Source of the DNA: a virus
IMG/VR virus record: IMGVR_UViG_3300016665_000370
Coordinates: 29,978 to 93,977 of that record
DNA: 64,000 bases
Reading direction: 5' to 3' (one strand)
This document shows positions 40,841-49,539 of the stretch, piece after piece. Numbering within the stretch: position 1 is the first letter of the stretch; each line of letters starts with the position of its first letter. A program made the position numbers and the translations under genes. The notes below the pieces were generated by a model. It had not been told where the DNA came from and did no database searches. It saw only the letters and a list, made by a program, of their open reading frames with translations.

Positions 40841-41706
40841 TATTCCTTAACTTCTCTTTTAAATGAATTGGATATTATATTTGTGTTATATGTATCTCCA
40901 TTTTTAATAGCATCCATTGTTGGTGAAAAATATGGATTTTTATGAAATGGAAAGTAATTTGTCCTATATCCTCTTTCTTGTGTTACTATAAATGAAATAT
41001 TATATTGGAAATTAAAATTCTCTGCTCTTTCTTGAACATTAAAAGATTCAAAATATCCTCTAAAAACAGATCCTCCATAATACATCTCTACTGTAAATGC
41101 ATATTGAGCTAATGATGGATTTACTCTTGGCATAATGGTTTCATTTTGACTTAATGCAGAACCTATTCCAGACCCAATAGCCGAACCAAGTTCTCCTCCA
41201 ATTATTCCTCCAAGTCCTCCAAATGCACCTTCTATTGCTTGCGTTGCTAAATTTTCTGCATTATTATTCGCAGCTTCTACTTTTAATGCAGCTCCATCTA
41301 TTGCATATTGTTCTGCTCTATAAATTTCTTTTAATAAATTAATACCTTCAATTCCAGAACTTCCTGTAGAACCTTCTATCCTTAAAGTAAGAAGATCTTC
41401 TCCTAAATACTGTAAAGAATATCCTCCCTTTGTTCGCTCTTTTGAAATAATCTTTCTATAATCATAACTAATTGAATTTGGATTTACATACATATTAATT
41501 ACGCCAAATTCGGGAACAAACCATTTTATAATATTTCTATTTAGTTTACCAGTATATAAATCTCTTCGCTTTGATGTTGGCAAACCATTTCCATCTGCTG
41601 GAATGTTTGATGGCAAAGAAAAACCATTTTTATTTGGATCTTCTGGTGTATTTGTTCTTAACAAATCACTAGCTGCACCTTTGATTTTATCAAAAATATC
41701 TACCAT
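40840..41706 (-). CDS. Putative tail tube initiator / baseplate tube-like protein
   Basis: MYVNPNSI...RTKGGY...GEDL...IEGSTG...FRGYFESFNVQE...YNISF; located between tape measure and hub. Confidence 0.7.
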   Translation of the reverse strand: MVDIFDKIKGAASDLLRTNTPEDPNKNGFSLPSNIPADGNGLPTSKRRDLYTGKLNRNIIKWFVPEFGVINMYVNPNSISYDYRKIISKERTKGGYSLQYLGEDLLTLRIEGSTGSSGIEGINLLKEIYRAEQYAIDGAALKVEAANNNAENLATQAIEGAFGGLGGIIGGELGSAIGSGIGSALSQNETIMPRVNPSLAQYAFTVEMYYGGSVFRGYFESFNVQERAENFNFQYNISFIVTQERGYRTNYFPFHKNPYFSPTMDAIKNGDTYNTNIISNSFKREVKE

Positions 41707-43781
41707 TATCTAACTCCTGGATTTACATAAACTCTAAAAAGATCTTCTATAGTTGATCCATTTTCTATTGGCTTGCCATTGTAAGTTAAATCAACTTGAA
41801 CTTTTACCTTTTGATCTTCTCTTAATTCTTTCTTTTCTTTTTGTGCTGGAGCTTCTGGAATCATAGCTATAGCTCTTGGTACTTGTGCATTTCTTTGCTC
41901 TTTAGCTAATTCTTTTTCAAAATTTTCTTTGCTTCGTGCTTGAGTTACTACATCGGCACCTAATACATTATTAATATTATCAATAGGAGAAGCAAATGTT
42001 GGTTTTAAATTCTTTTCCATTAAAGTAACTAAATCTCTTGTAGTTCCATACAATTTACTACTTAAACTATCTTTGTATAATTCTTCAGGATTTTTATTAT
42101 TATTTTCTATTATGTTATTAGCACCTTCAGCTTTTGCTGCGCTCATAGATTGTAACAAGTTAGATTTCATTTCAGCTTGACCTGTAGAAAGCTGTATTCT
42201 TGTATTTGAATCAGCATTTCCTGATGTAGCTGCAAGTGTATCTTGTGCAGTATTTAAAGATTGTATAGATAATCCTCTTTGTAAATTTGCAAGATCAATT
42301 CCAGCTAAACCAAATGTAGTTGCAGTTTGTTGTGTAAGATCTTGTCCTCTATTAATTAATTCGGCACCAATAGATTGATTTCCTTCTGCTTTAGCTGCTT
42401 CTTTCATAGAAATCTTTCCAGATTGAACCTTACTAAACATATCTAATCCTCTAGTAGCATCTTGTTCTGTTCCAAATAAACTACCATATGGACCTTTTGT
42501 TAACATCATTCTTTGTCTTTGAAATTGAGCCGCTAATCTAGGATCTTTTACTGCTTCATCCTTAGTAACTACTTTACCAAATTGTTTGGTTAAATCTTTC
42601 ATTACCATTTCTAATACTTTATGAGTTTGACCTTTTCTCATCATATCTTCAATTTGAAGGGCACCAACCAATCCTCCTGGTCCTCCCGATCTTGCTGATA
42701 AGAATCCTTTTTGAGCCATAGACATACCTGCAATAGATTTTGTCATTGTATTTAACATATCAGCAGATTGTTTGCCGCTAGCTCCAGCTTCTCTTAATGC
42801 ACCTACATATTTTAGCAAAATTCTTGCAGAAGCATCTGTATTATTTCCAAATTTACCTAATGTATCTCCTATATCTTTAACGAATCCACGAACAATAGAA
42901 AAATTAATTCCTAATTTATTAGTTACTTCAGACATTCTTGCAACATAATCAATTGCTTGATTAGATGTTGCATTGTAATCATTCATAGCTTCTTCCATAT
43001 CAGAAATAACTTCTGAATAATCTCTTCCAGCTCCTCTTGCAAAATTAATTGTTGCTGCAAGCATATCTATTTGTTCGTTTCCATCTGCTGTCAATGAAAC
43101 ATAATTTTCTAAAAATCCTGGTAATTTAGATAATGCAGATATATATTTTTCAACTTCTGAAGGTAATGTATTTGTTGCTTTGCTTGCTTTTGTTATGATT
43201 TCATTATAATCTGCAAGATAAGCATTTATATTTGTTAATTGTTCTCCTGATTTTTGATAAACAACTCCTAAATTACCAGAAGCAGATGCATTTGATATGA
43301 TTGAATCTCTAAGCCTTAATCCTGCATCAGCCGCTGCAAGTTGCTTTTTCACATAATCATCTACAGCTTCAACTCCTTTTCCAATAATATCAATAGGAAT
43401 AATTTTATCTAAACCAAAAGATTTTAATTTTTCAAATACACCACCAACTCCAATTTTATTTAGTTCGCTCATTGTTTTAGAAACAACAGAACGAATTGAA
43501 TTATATTGCTCTATAAATCCCGTAGAAAAATCAGCTTTCCCTAAATTATTAAATAAATTATTTGTTTCTGCTAAATATGCATTTACTTGAGAAAATCCAA
43601 GCATTTGCGCAGTTGTAAATTGATTAATTTTATCATTTGAGTCTATAATTGTTTCTTTTAATTTTTTATATAAACCTACAGCATCTCCTATGTTTTTTAA
43701 ATCTATTGTTGGAGCTGTTCCAGTAGAAGGTGTAGCAGGTGTAGTAGTTGTAGTAGGTGGAGGATTTAGTGGAGTCGTCAT
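41706..43781 (-). CDS. Tape measure protein
   Basis: Ala/Gly/Met-rich helical 691-aa protein directly after the frameshifted chaperone pair. Confidence 0.75.
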   Translation of the reverse strand: MTTPLNPPPTTTTTPATPSTGTAPTIDLKNIGDAVGLYKKLKETIIDSNDKINQFTTAQMLGFSQVNAYLAETNNLFNNLGKADFSTGFIEQYNSIRSVVSKTMSELNKIGVGGVFEKLKSFGLDKIIPIDIIGKGVEAVDDYVKKQLAAADAGLRLRDSIISNASASGNLGVVYQKSGEQLTNINAYLADYNEIITKASKATNTLPSEVEKYISALSKLPGFLENYVSLTADGNEQIDMLAATINFARGAGRDYSEVISDMEEAMNDYNATSNQAIDYVARMSEVTNKLGINFSIVRGFVKDIGDTLGKFGNNTDASARILLKYVGALREAGASGKQSADMLNTMTKSIAGMSMAQKGFLSARSGGPGGLVGALQIEDMMRKGQTHKVLEMVMKDLTKQFGKVVTKDEAVKDPRLAAQFQRQRMMLTKGPYGSLFGTEQDATRGLDMFSKVQSGKISMKEAAKAEGNQSIGAELINRGQDLTQQTATTFGLAGIDLANLQRGLSIQSLNTAQDTLAATSGNADSNTRIQLSTGQAEMKSNLLQSMSAAKAEGANNIIENNNKNPEELYKDSLSSKLYGTTRDLVTLMEKNLKPTFASPIDNINNVLGADVVTQARSKENFEKELAKEQRNAQVPRAIAMIPEAPAQKEKKELREDQKVKVQVDLTYNGKPIENGSTIEDLFRVYVNPGVR

Positions 43782-44101
43782 TCGTCTCTTGGTCTAGGTC
43801 TGTTTAGAGGTATATCTTTATATTGTTTTACAATCTCAAAAGACTCTTCAAACTCTTCATCAGAAGATACAAAGACTTTTCCTCCAACTAACTGCTTGAC
43901 TTTTTCTGGATCTATAAAAGAACCTATTAAATAACCAAGATTTTTTACCAACTCATATTTTTCTTCTTGATCTGCAATCCAATTTGCATGATACCATGAC
44001 TTAAGAACCGGGTCCATATTTTGGATCTCATCATCATCAGGATCTTTATTCTTCATCTTTGATAAAAAGAATAAAAATCTATGATCCGGTTCGTTTCTTA
44101 T
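43778..44101 (-). CDS. Tail assembly chaperone, frameshifted (GT-type) C-terminal part
   Basis: The -1 frame is open from the slippery site (IRNEPDHRFLFFLSKMKNKDPD...) into track ORF 43778..44056. Confidence 0.8.
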   Translation of the reverse strand: MRNEPDHRFLFFLSKMKNKDPDDDEIQNMDPVLKSWYHANWIADQEEKYELVKNLGYLIGSFIDPEKVKQLVGGKVFVSSDEEFEESFEIVKQYKDIPLNRPRPRDE

Positions 44102-44655
44102 TTTTTTAAATCATCTACTACTTCCTTAGCTACACTTTCTTTATTTAAAGAATATTTTTCATTTGCTTCTTTTACAAGCTCTTGAAATTTCAAATACATA
44201 ATATTCGCTAATCCTTCATCTAATGAATCTATAAACTTTAATTTATCTTCTAAATTAGATGATCCTATAAAATCATCAAAGTTCATTCCATGAATGGATT
44301 GCAATGATCTTGCTAAAAATTGTTTTCTTATTTCAAAATCTAATTCTGGAGTTCCTAAAAACTTTGAAGACTTTGCTACCGATTCTCTATTCTCAGATGA
44401 CTTTAATGTTCTTAATAAAAACTTAACATCGTTTACTTCAAACTCTTTTGTCATCCTTGTCAATCCCAAAAGATAATTAATTCTATCTTTTGATACTGGA
44501 CTCATTCTTTCTTTTTCTGGATTTCTTCTTAGCTCTCTATGTTGTCTTAATTCCTCCTCAAATGAAGAAGCATCTTCTGATGCGTCTTCAATATCTATTT
44601 CTTTCATTGTTTGTTTAAATTTTCTTGGACCTAATGGAGAATCTATTTCTGGCAT
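44098..44655 (-). CDS. Tail assembly chaperone (G-type)
   Basis: Acidic 185-aa protein between tube and tape measure genes. Ends DDLKK at a slippery site; AAGGA RBS. Confidence 0.8.
   Translation of the reverse strand: MPEIDSPLGPRKFKQTMKEIDIEDASEDASSFEEELRQHRELRRNPEKERMSPVSKDRINYLLGLTRMTKEFEVNDVKFLLRTLKSSENRESVAKSSKFLGTPELDFEIRKQFLARSLQSIHGMNFDDFIGSSNLEDKLKFIDSLDEGLANIMYLKFQELVKEANEKYSLNKESVAKEVVDDLKK
44101..44110 (-). other. Programmed -1 ribosomal frameshift site
   Basis: Minus strand GAT TTA AAA AAA TAA contains T-TTA-AAA (X XXY YYZ) directly before the stop. Confidence 0.85.
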
Positions 44656-44711
44656 ACTTTCCTTTATAACAAAAATGCTTATATTAGAAATATATAGCTA
44701 AATATTAGAAA

Positions 44712-45773
44712 ATGAAACTAGAAGATCAAATTTTAAAATTAAGAACAAACAAAAAATCAATCAATGAAATATCAAAAGAATTAAATATAGGAATTACTTA
44801 TGTATACAAAATACTAAAGAAAAATAATATCAAAACAAAACATTATAAAGATTTAGAAATTATAAACATTAACAATACAAATTACTATATTAGTCCATAT
44901 AGTATTCTTACCAAAGAAATAGTAACAAAAATAATTAACTTACATGAACTTTTTTACTCTATAAGAAAAATATCTAAAGAAATGAATTTAAATTATAGTT
45001 TGGTACATAACTGGTACAAATTAAATAATTTAAAAAGCTTAACTAAACCAAAAATTAATAAAGAAAATAAGTTTTGTAAAAAATGTAATTTAACAAAACC
45101 AATAAATGAGTTCTTTTGTAGAATAAGAAATGGTTTAAATATATATGAAAATTGTTTAATATGTCAAAAAGAAATTAAAAACAAAAGAAATAGAATATAT
45201 GAAAGCAACAAATTAAAAAATGATATTATATTTAAAATTAACAAAAATATTACAAATAAGTTTAGAGGATTAAGTAAAAATTGTTCAAAGAAAATATTTC
45301 TTGATTATTCAATGCAAGAATTAAAAGAACATTTAGAATCTAAGTTTGAATATTGGATGAGTTGGAATAATTATGGTATTTATAATCCTGAAAAATGGAA
45401 TGACAATGATCCATCTACCTGGACTTGGCAGATAGATCATATTATTCCTAAGTCTACTTTTAATTACAAATCTGTTAATGATGAGGAATTTAAAAAATGT
45501 TGGTCTTTGGATAACTTAAGACCTTATTCAGCAAAATTAAATATAATTGAAGGATCTAATAGGATTAGGCATAAAAATCAGAATACGTTTGATGAAAAAT
45601 CTACTAGGTCAAGTAGTCCGCCAGAATCAAGAGATCCTCTTCTTCCATTAGCTCCTCTATCAACAACTCTTTCAATATCATTGGTAAATTCTGCATTAAA
45701 TGGACCAGAAGCTTTAATTCCTAAATCTCCTCCAGTTGCAGCAGATGCTCCAGTTCCAACCAATGTTGAATAG
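44712..45773 (+). CDS. HTH / Zn-finger / HNH-type endonuclease, the only credible plus-strand gene
   Basis: HTH-like SINEISKELNI, CKKC...CLIC, WQIDHIIPKS...CWSLDNLRPYSAKLN. The last ~65 codons overlap the tube gene in antisense. Confidence 0.85.
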   Translation: MKLEDQILKLRTNKKSINEISKELNIGITYVYKILKKNNIKTKHYKDLEIININNTNYYISPYSILTKEIVTKIINLHELFYSIRKISKEMNLNYSLVHNWYKLNNLKSLTKPKINKENKFCKKCNLTKPINEFFCRIRNGLNIYENCLICQKEIKNKRNRIYESNKLKNDIIFKINKNITNKFRGLSKNCSKKIFLDYSMQELKEHLESKFEYWMSWNNYGIYNPEKWNDNDPSTWTWQIDHIIPKSTFNYKSVNDEEFKKCWSLDNLRPYSAKLNIIEGSNRIRHKNQNTFDEKSTRSSSPPESRDPLLPLAPLSTTLSISLVNSALNGPEALIPKSPPVAADAPVPTNVE

Positions 45774-46246
45774 ATTGTTTCTGCTTCCCATTGAACGTCA
45801 TCTTGAATAATCCATTCTGTTGCAGAGTAAGAATAGCTTAAGTTTGTTAGCCATACATTTTTTATTACAGTAGATATTTTATTTCCTGCTCTTCTATTTC
45901 TATCTATAATTACAAAGTCAAATGGATATGCTTGAGATTGTAAGTGCAAAAATCCTCTACCCATTGCTTCTGTAACTCTTAAGGCATCATATCTAATTCT
46001 TCTACATGATCCTGAAATTTTTGTAGATGCTGTTGGAGTAGAGTCCACGTTTCCATCAGTTCCTAACTCTTGAATCATTTGTACTTGTCTTTGCTCTTGT
46101 ACTCTTAATTCCTGAACTGCTCCAATTGGAATATCATTTACTAAAACTAATATATTAGTTGATAGTGAGGTAGACATTTTATTTCTACCGTCTAGATATC
46201 CTAGTGTTGATCTAGTATTTGCTGCGCTCGAAAAATTACCAGCCAT
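45578..46246 (-). CDS. Tail tube protein
   Basis: ILVLVNDIPIGAVQELRVQEQR...QELG...PFDFVI...IKNVWLTNLSYSY...WEAE; AGGAG RBS; located between sheath and chaperones. Confidence 0.85.
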   Translation of the reverse strand: MAGNFSSAANTRSTLGYLDGRNKMSTSLSTNILVLVNDIPIGAVQELRVQEQRQVQMIQELGTDGNVDSTPTASTKISGSCRRIRYDALRVTEAMGRGFLHLQSQAYPFDFVIIDRNRRAGNKISTVIKNVWLTNLSYSYSATEWIIQDDVQWEAETIYSTLVGTGASAATGGDLGIKASGPFNAEFTNDIERVVDRGANGRRGSLDSGGLLDLVDFSSNVF

Positions 46247-46304
46247 TTATTCTCCTAAAATTAATTCTATAATATGAATTGAAATTAATTGATATAATTA
46301 ATTC

Positions 46305-47180
46305 TTAATGTCTTGATCTTTTTGCACCTTCTATACAATTTAATTTAGCAGAATATGGTCTTAAATTATTTAAATTCCAACATTTTTTAAAATCTTCATC
46401 ATTCACAGATGTATAATTAAAATTAGAATGTGGTATTATATGGTCTATATTCCATGTCCAAGTAGATGAATCATTATCATCCCAAGTTTTAGCATTATAT
46501 TTTCCATAATTATTCCAATTCATCCAAGGTTCAAATAATGATTCTAAATGATCAAATAATTCTTTGTTAGAAAAATCTAAATATATAGATCTTCCCTTCT
46601 TGCTTTTAATAATAGAAGGTATTCTTTTTGAAATGCTAGCAACAATAGAATTTTTAGTTGTTTTCTTTAAATGATAATATTTCTTTTTGTATTCTTTTTT
46701 TCTATTAAGTCTTTTTGTATATATTAATTCAGCTTCATTTGTTTTGTTTGTTAATAAAAAATATTTTATATTTTCTCTTTTTATTTTTGTTTTTAAATAC
46801 AATTCAGAATAACTTTTTTCTTGATTATCAATAATATATTTTAAATTATCTTCATTATTATTTTTTGATTTAAAATAATACCAAGTTTTGTTTTTATATT
46901 CAAATTTAGAATTAAAAGATGGATTTCTTAATTTAACATTTGTTTTTTTTAAATAAATATTATTTGCAGAAAATAAATCATTAATATTTTTATAATTGTT
47001 TGTAAAAAATATATTCCAACTCCATGTAGAAGAATTGTTTGGATCATATTGTTTTAAATTGTTTGAATTAAAATTATTCCAATTCATCCAAGGTTCAAAC
47101 TTAGATTCTATAATAGAAATAATTAAATCAAGATTCATTTTAATTTTGTACTTATTTTGAAAGTACTTTTTAAATCTCAT
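46305..47180 (-). CDS. HNH-type endonuclease with an extra degenerate N-terminal HNH-like copy
   Basis: Intact C-terminal WNIDHIIPHS...NLRPYSAKLN. The N-terminal ESKFEPWMNWNN...WSWNIFF lacks the DH pair. Confidence 0.8.
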   Translation of the reverse strand: MRFKKYFQNKYKIKMNLDLIISIIESKFEPWMNWNNFNSNNLKQYDPNNSSTWSWNIFFTNNYKNINDLFSANNIYLKKTNVKLRNPSFNSKFEYKNKTWYYFKSKNNNEDNLKYIIDNQEKSYSELYLKTKIKRENIKYFLLTNKTNEAELIYTKRLNRKKEYKKKYYHLKKTTKNSIVASISKRIPSIIKSKKGRSIYLDFSNKELFDHLESLFEPWMNWNNYGKYNAKTWDDNDSSTWTWNIDHIIPHSNFNYTSVNDEDFKKCWNLNNLRPYSAKLNCIEGAKRSRH

Positions 47181-47803
47181 TTTTTATCGGCGGCTTCCAT
47201 TTGTTTTACTATTTTATTTGCCCAAGATCTACCAGCATCGCCTCCCCATAATAAATGGGAAATATAACCTTTATCTTCACTTAGGGATTTTCCTTTATCT
47301 GCTTTTTTATTTTTTTCATGTCTATCAAAAAAAGCTTTCATTCTTTTAACTGTATTTGGACTTAGTTTTTTTCTATTCTTTAAAGAAACTGCTCTTGCTA
47401 CTCCAGACCCAACTCCTTCTTTGTTTGCTTGTTGAGTAGACAAACCACCTTTTCCTTTATTCTTTTTTCTTAATTCAAGCCCTCTTGCAGCAGCTTTGGC
47501 AACGGATTCTGGTGGAACAAAATCTATATGAGAATATCTTGATGCCATTTTAAAAAATAAATGACATGTATCTATTAATGCTGTAACTGTTTTTTCATTC
47601 TTAACATATTCATTTACACTATCAATAGCATCTTCCGCAGTATTTAACTTTGCACTTGCCCATTGTGGCAAATCATCTTTTTCTGTTAATAAATCATCTA
47701 ACTCTTTAGAGTTTTCTATAATAGATCTTAAATCTTGTTTCTCCATATAAGATCTAGGTACACCTTTATGCTCTTCTAAAACTATATTTTTATCTACATT
47801 CAT
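47177..47803 (-). CDS. Phage protein of unknown function, two small domains, possibly virion-associated
   Basis: DLPQWASAKLNTAEDAIDSV; PPESVAKAAARGLELR...GVARA...TVKRMKAFFDRH...LLWGGDAGRSWA. Confidence 0.65.
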   Translation of the reverse strand: MNVDKNIVLEEHKGVPRSYMEKQDLRSIIENSKELDDLLTEKDDLPQWASAKLNTAEDAIDSVNEYVKNEKTVTALIDTCHLFFKMASRYSHIDFVPPESVAKAAARGLELRKKNKGKGGLSTQQANKEGVGSGVARAVSLKNRKKLSPNTVKRMKAFFDRHEKNKKADKGKSLSEDKGYISHLLWGGDAGRSWANKIVKQMEAADKK

Positions 47804-47829
47804 GTTTTAATTACTTATAATGCAATTAA

Positions 47830-48600
47830 TTATTTTTTTAAATGTCTTGTCCTTCTTGATCCTTCTATACAATTTATTTTAGTTTCTAATGGTCTTAAAT
47901 TATTTAATTCCCAAACTATCTTAAAATTATCATCTGTCATTGACTTATATGGATAATCTGATTGACACTTAATATGATCTAAACTCCATGTATATTTATC
48001 TTTTCTATATGGACCATAATTTTCCCAATTCATATTTGAATCAAATAAATTCTCTAAATGCTTTTTTAAATCTTCAAAAGAATAATCTAAATATTTTAAT
48101 ATAGATTCTCCTTGCTTATTTGATTTTTGATTCTTTAACATCTTTGCAATTGATTTTGAAATATTTGCTCTTAGTCTGTTCTCTTCTTTTAGTAAAAATC
48201 TTTTCTTATAAATTCTCTTATGCTCTAACAATTCTTCTTCTGTATATAATGGAAAATATCTTCTTTCTTTTGATTTGCACAATAAACATATATTTTCTTT
48301 ATAATCTCTTCTTTCATGAAACATATCTAACTTTAAATAACTTAAACATTTTATACATTTTTTTGTTAAATTACTCTTATATATTTCTTCAATTACTTGT
48401 TTATCTTTATTGTTTAAACAATGAAATGCTTTAACTGTAAATGTATTAAGTTTAAATAATTTAGCTACTTTTTCTTGTGTGCTATTTTTTAATTCTAAAT
48501 ATATTGCTATTGCAATATCATCACTTTCTATTTTCCTATTTGAATAATAAATATATTCTCCAAGAAAAACTCTATTTGTTGGATTCATGTATTTTCTCAT
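47830..48600 (-). CDS. HTH / Zn-finger / HNH-type endonuclease
   Basis: TQEKVAKLFKL, CIKC...CLLC, WSLDHIKCQS...NLRPLETKIN. Confidence 0.82.
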   Translation of the reverse strand: MRKYMNPTNRVFLGEYIYYSNRKIESDDIAIAIYLELKNSTQEKVAKLFKLNTFTVKAFHCLNNKDKQVIEEIYKSNLTKKCIKCLSYLKLDMFHERRDYKENICLLCKSKERRYFPLYTEEELLEHKRIYKKRFLLKEENRLRANISKSIAKMLKNQKSNKQGESILKYLDYSFEDLKKHLENLFDSNMNWENYGPYRKDKYTWSLDHIKCQSDYPYKSMTDDNFKIVWELNNLRPLETKINCIEGSRRTRHLKK

Positions 48601-49505
48601 CTTTTACAATTTTCCTTAATATTTAATTTAGCAGAATATGGTCTTAAGTTACTTAATGCCCAACACTTCTTAAAGTCTTTATCATTTACGGATGTATAAT
48701 TAAATTTAGACTTAGGAATAATATGATCTATCTGCCAAGTCCAAGTTGATGTATCATTGTCATCCCAAGTTTTTGGATTATATCTTCCCCAATTTTCCCA
48801 AGTCATCCAAGATTCAAATAATGATTCTAAATGTTCTTTTAATTCTTTCATTGTATAATCAAGAAATATCTTCTTTGAAGATCCTTTTACTACATCTCTA
48901 AAATTTGTTGTAAATATTTTATTTAATTTAAACTTAGGATCATTTTTGCATCTTATATTTACATATTTATTTTGTTTTTCTTTTCTTACTTTTTCTTGAC
49001 AAACTTTACAGAATTTACATTTCTTTCTAAGACCATATTTAGTATATAATTCTTTCTTTAAGTAAAAGTTACTTATTGTCTTTTTTACCATACAAATAGA
49101 ACATATCCTAAAACTAGGCTCTTTTGGTAACTTCTTTATTTTTATATTATTTAAATTAAGCCAACTATATATAGCTTTTCTTGAAAGATTTAATATCTTA
49201 CATATTTCTTCTATATATGTTTTTTCATTTATTAGTTTTAATATTTGTATAGCTTCATTTTCTTTGATTTTGTTAAATACATTGAATTTATAAATCTTAT
49301 CTTCATAATTAAACGTTTTAATTTTTTCTATTTTTATATTATTTAACTTGCACCACAATGAAATTGTATTGTAATGAATTTTTGTTATTTTATAAATTTC
49401 CTTAAATGTTACATTTTTTTTAATTAATCTTAAAATATCAATTGCAGATTCTTTACTTATGTTTTTTATTTTATAAATTACATTTTCATATTCAAATGTT
49501 TTCAT
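48597..49505 (-). CDS. Double-HTH / Zn-finger / HNH-type endonuclease
   Basis: Two KTF.YE...W..LNNIKI repeats, CSIC...CKVC, WQIDHIIPKS...NLRPYSAKLN. Confidence 0.85.
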   Translation of the reverse strand: MKTFEYENVIYKIKNISKESAIDILRLIKKNVTFKEIYKITKIHYNTISLWCKLNNIKIEKIKTFNYEDKIYKFNVFNKIKENEAIQILKLINEKTYIEEICKILNLSRKAIYSWLNLNNIKIKKLPKEPSFRICSICMVKKTISNFYLKKELYTKYGLRKKCKFCKVCQEKVRKEKQNKYVNIRCKNDPKFKLNKIFTTNFRDVVKGSSKKIFLDYTMKELKEHLESLFESWMTWENWGRYNPKTWDDNDTSTWTWQIDHIIPKSKFNYTSVNDKDFKKCWALSNLRPYSAKLNIKENCKR

Positions 49506-49539
49506 TAATTAAATGTAATTTTTTACTTATTGATGTCAA
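49506..49539 (-). promoter_or_regulatory. Sigma70-like promoter, probably leaderless
   Basis: TTGACA(49539-49534)-N16-TACATT-N6-ATG(49505). Confidence 0.65.
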
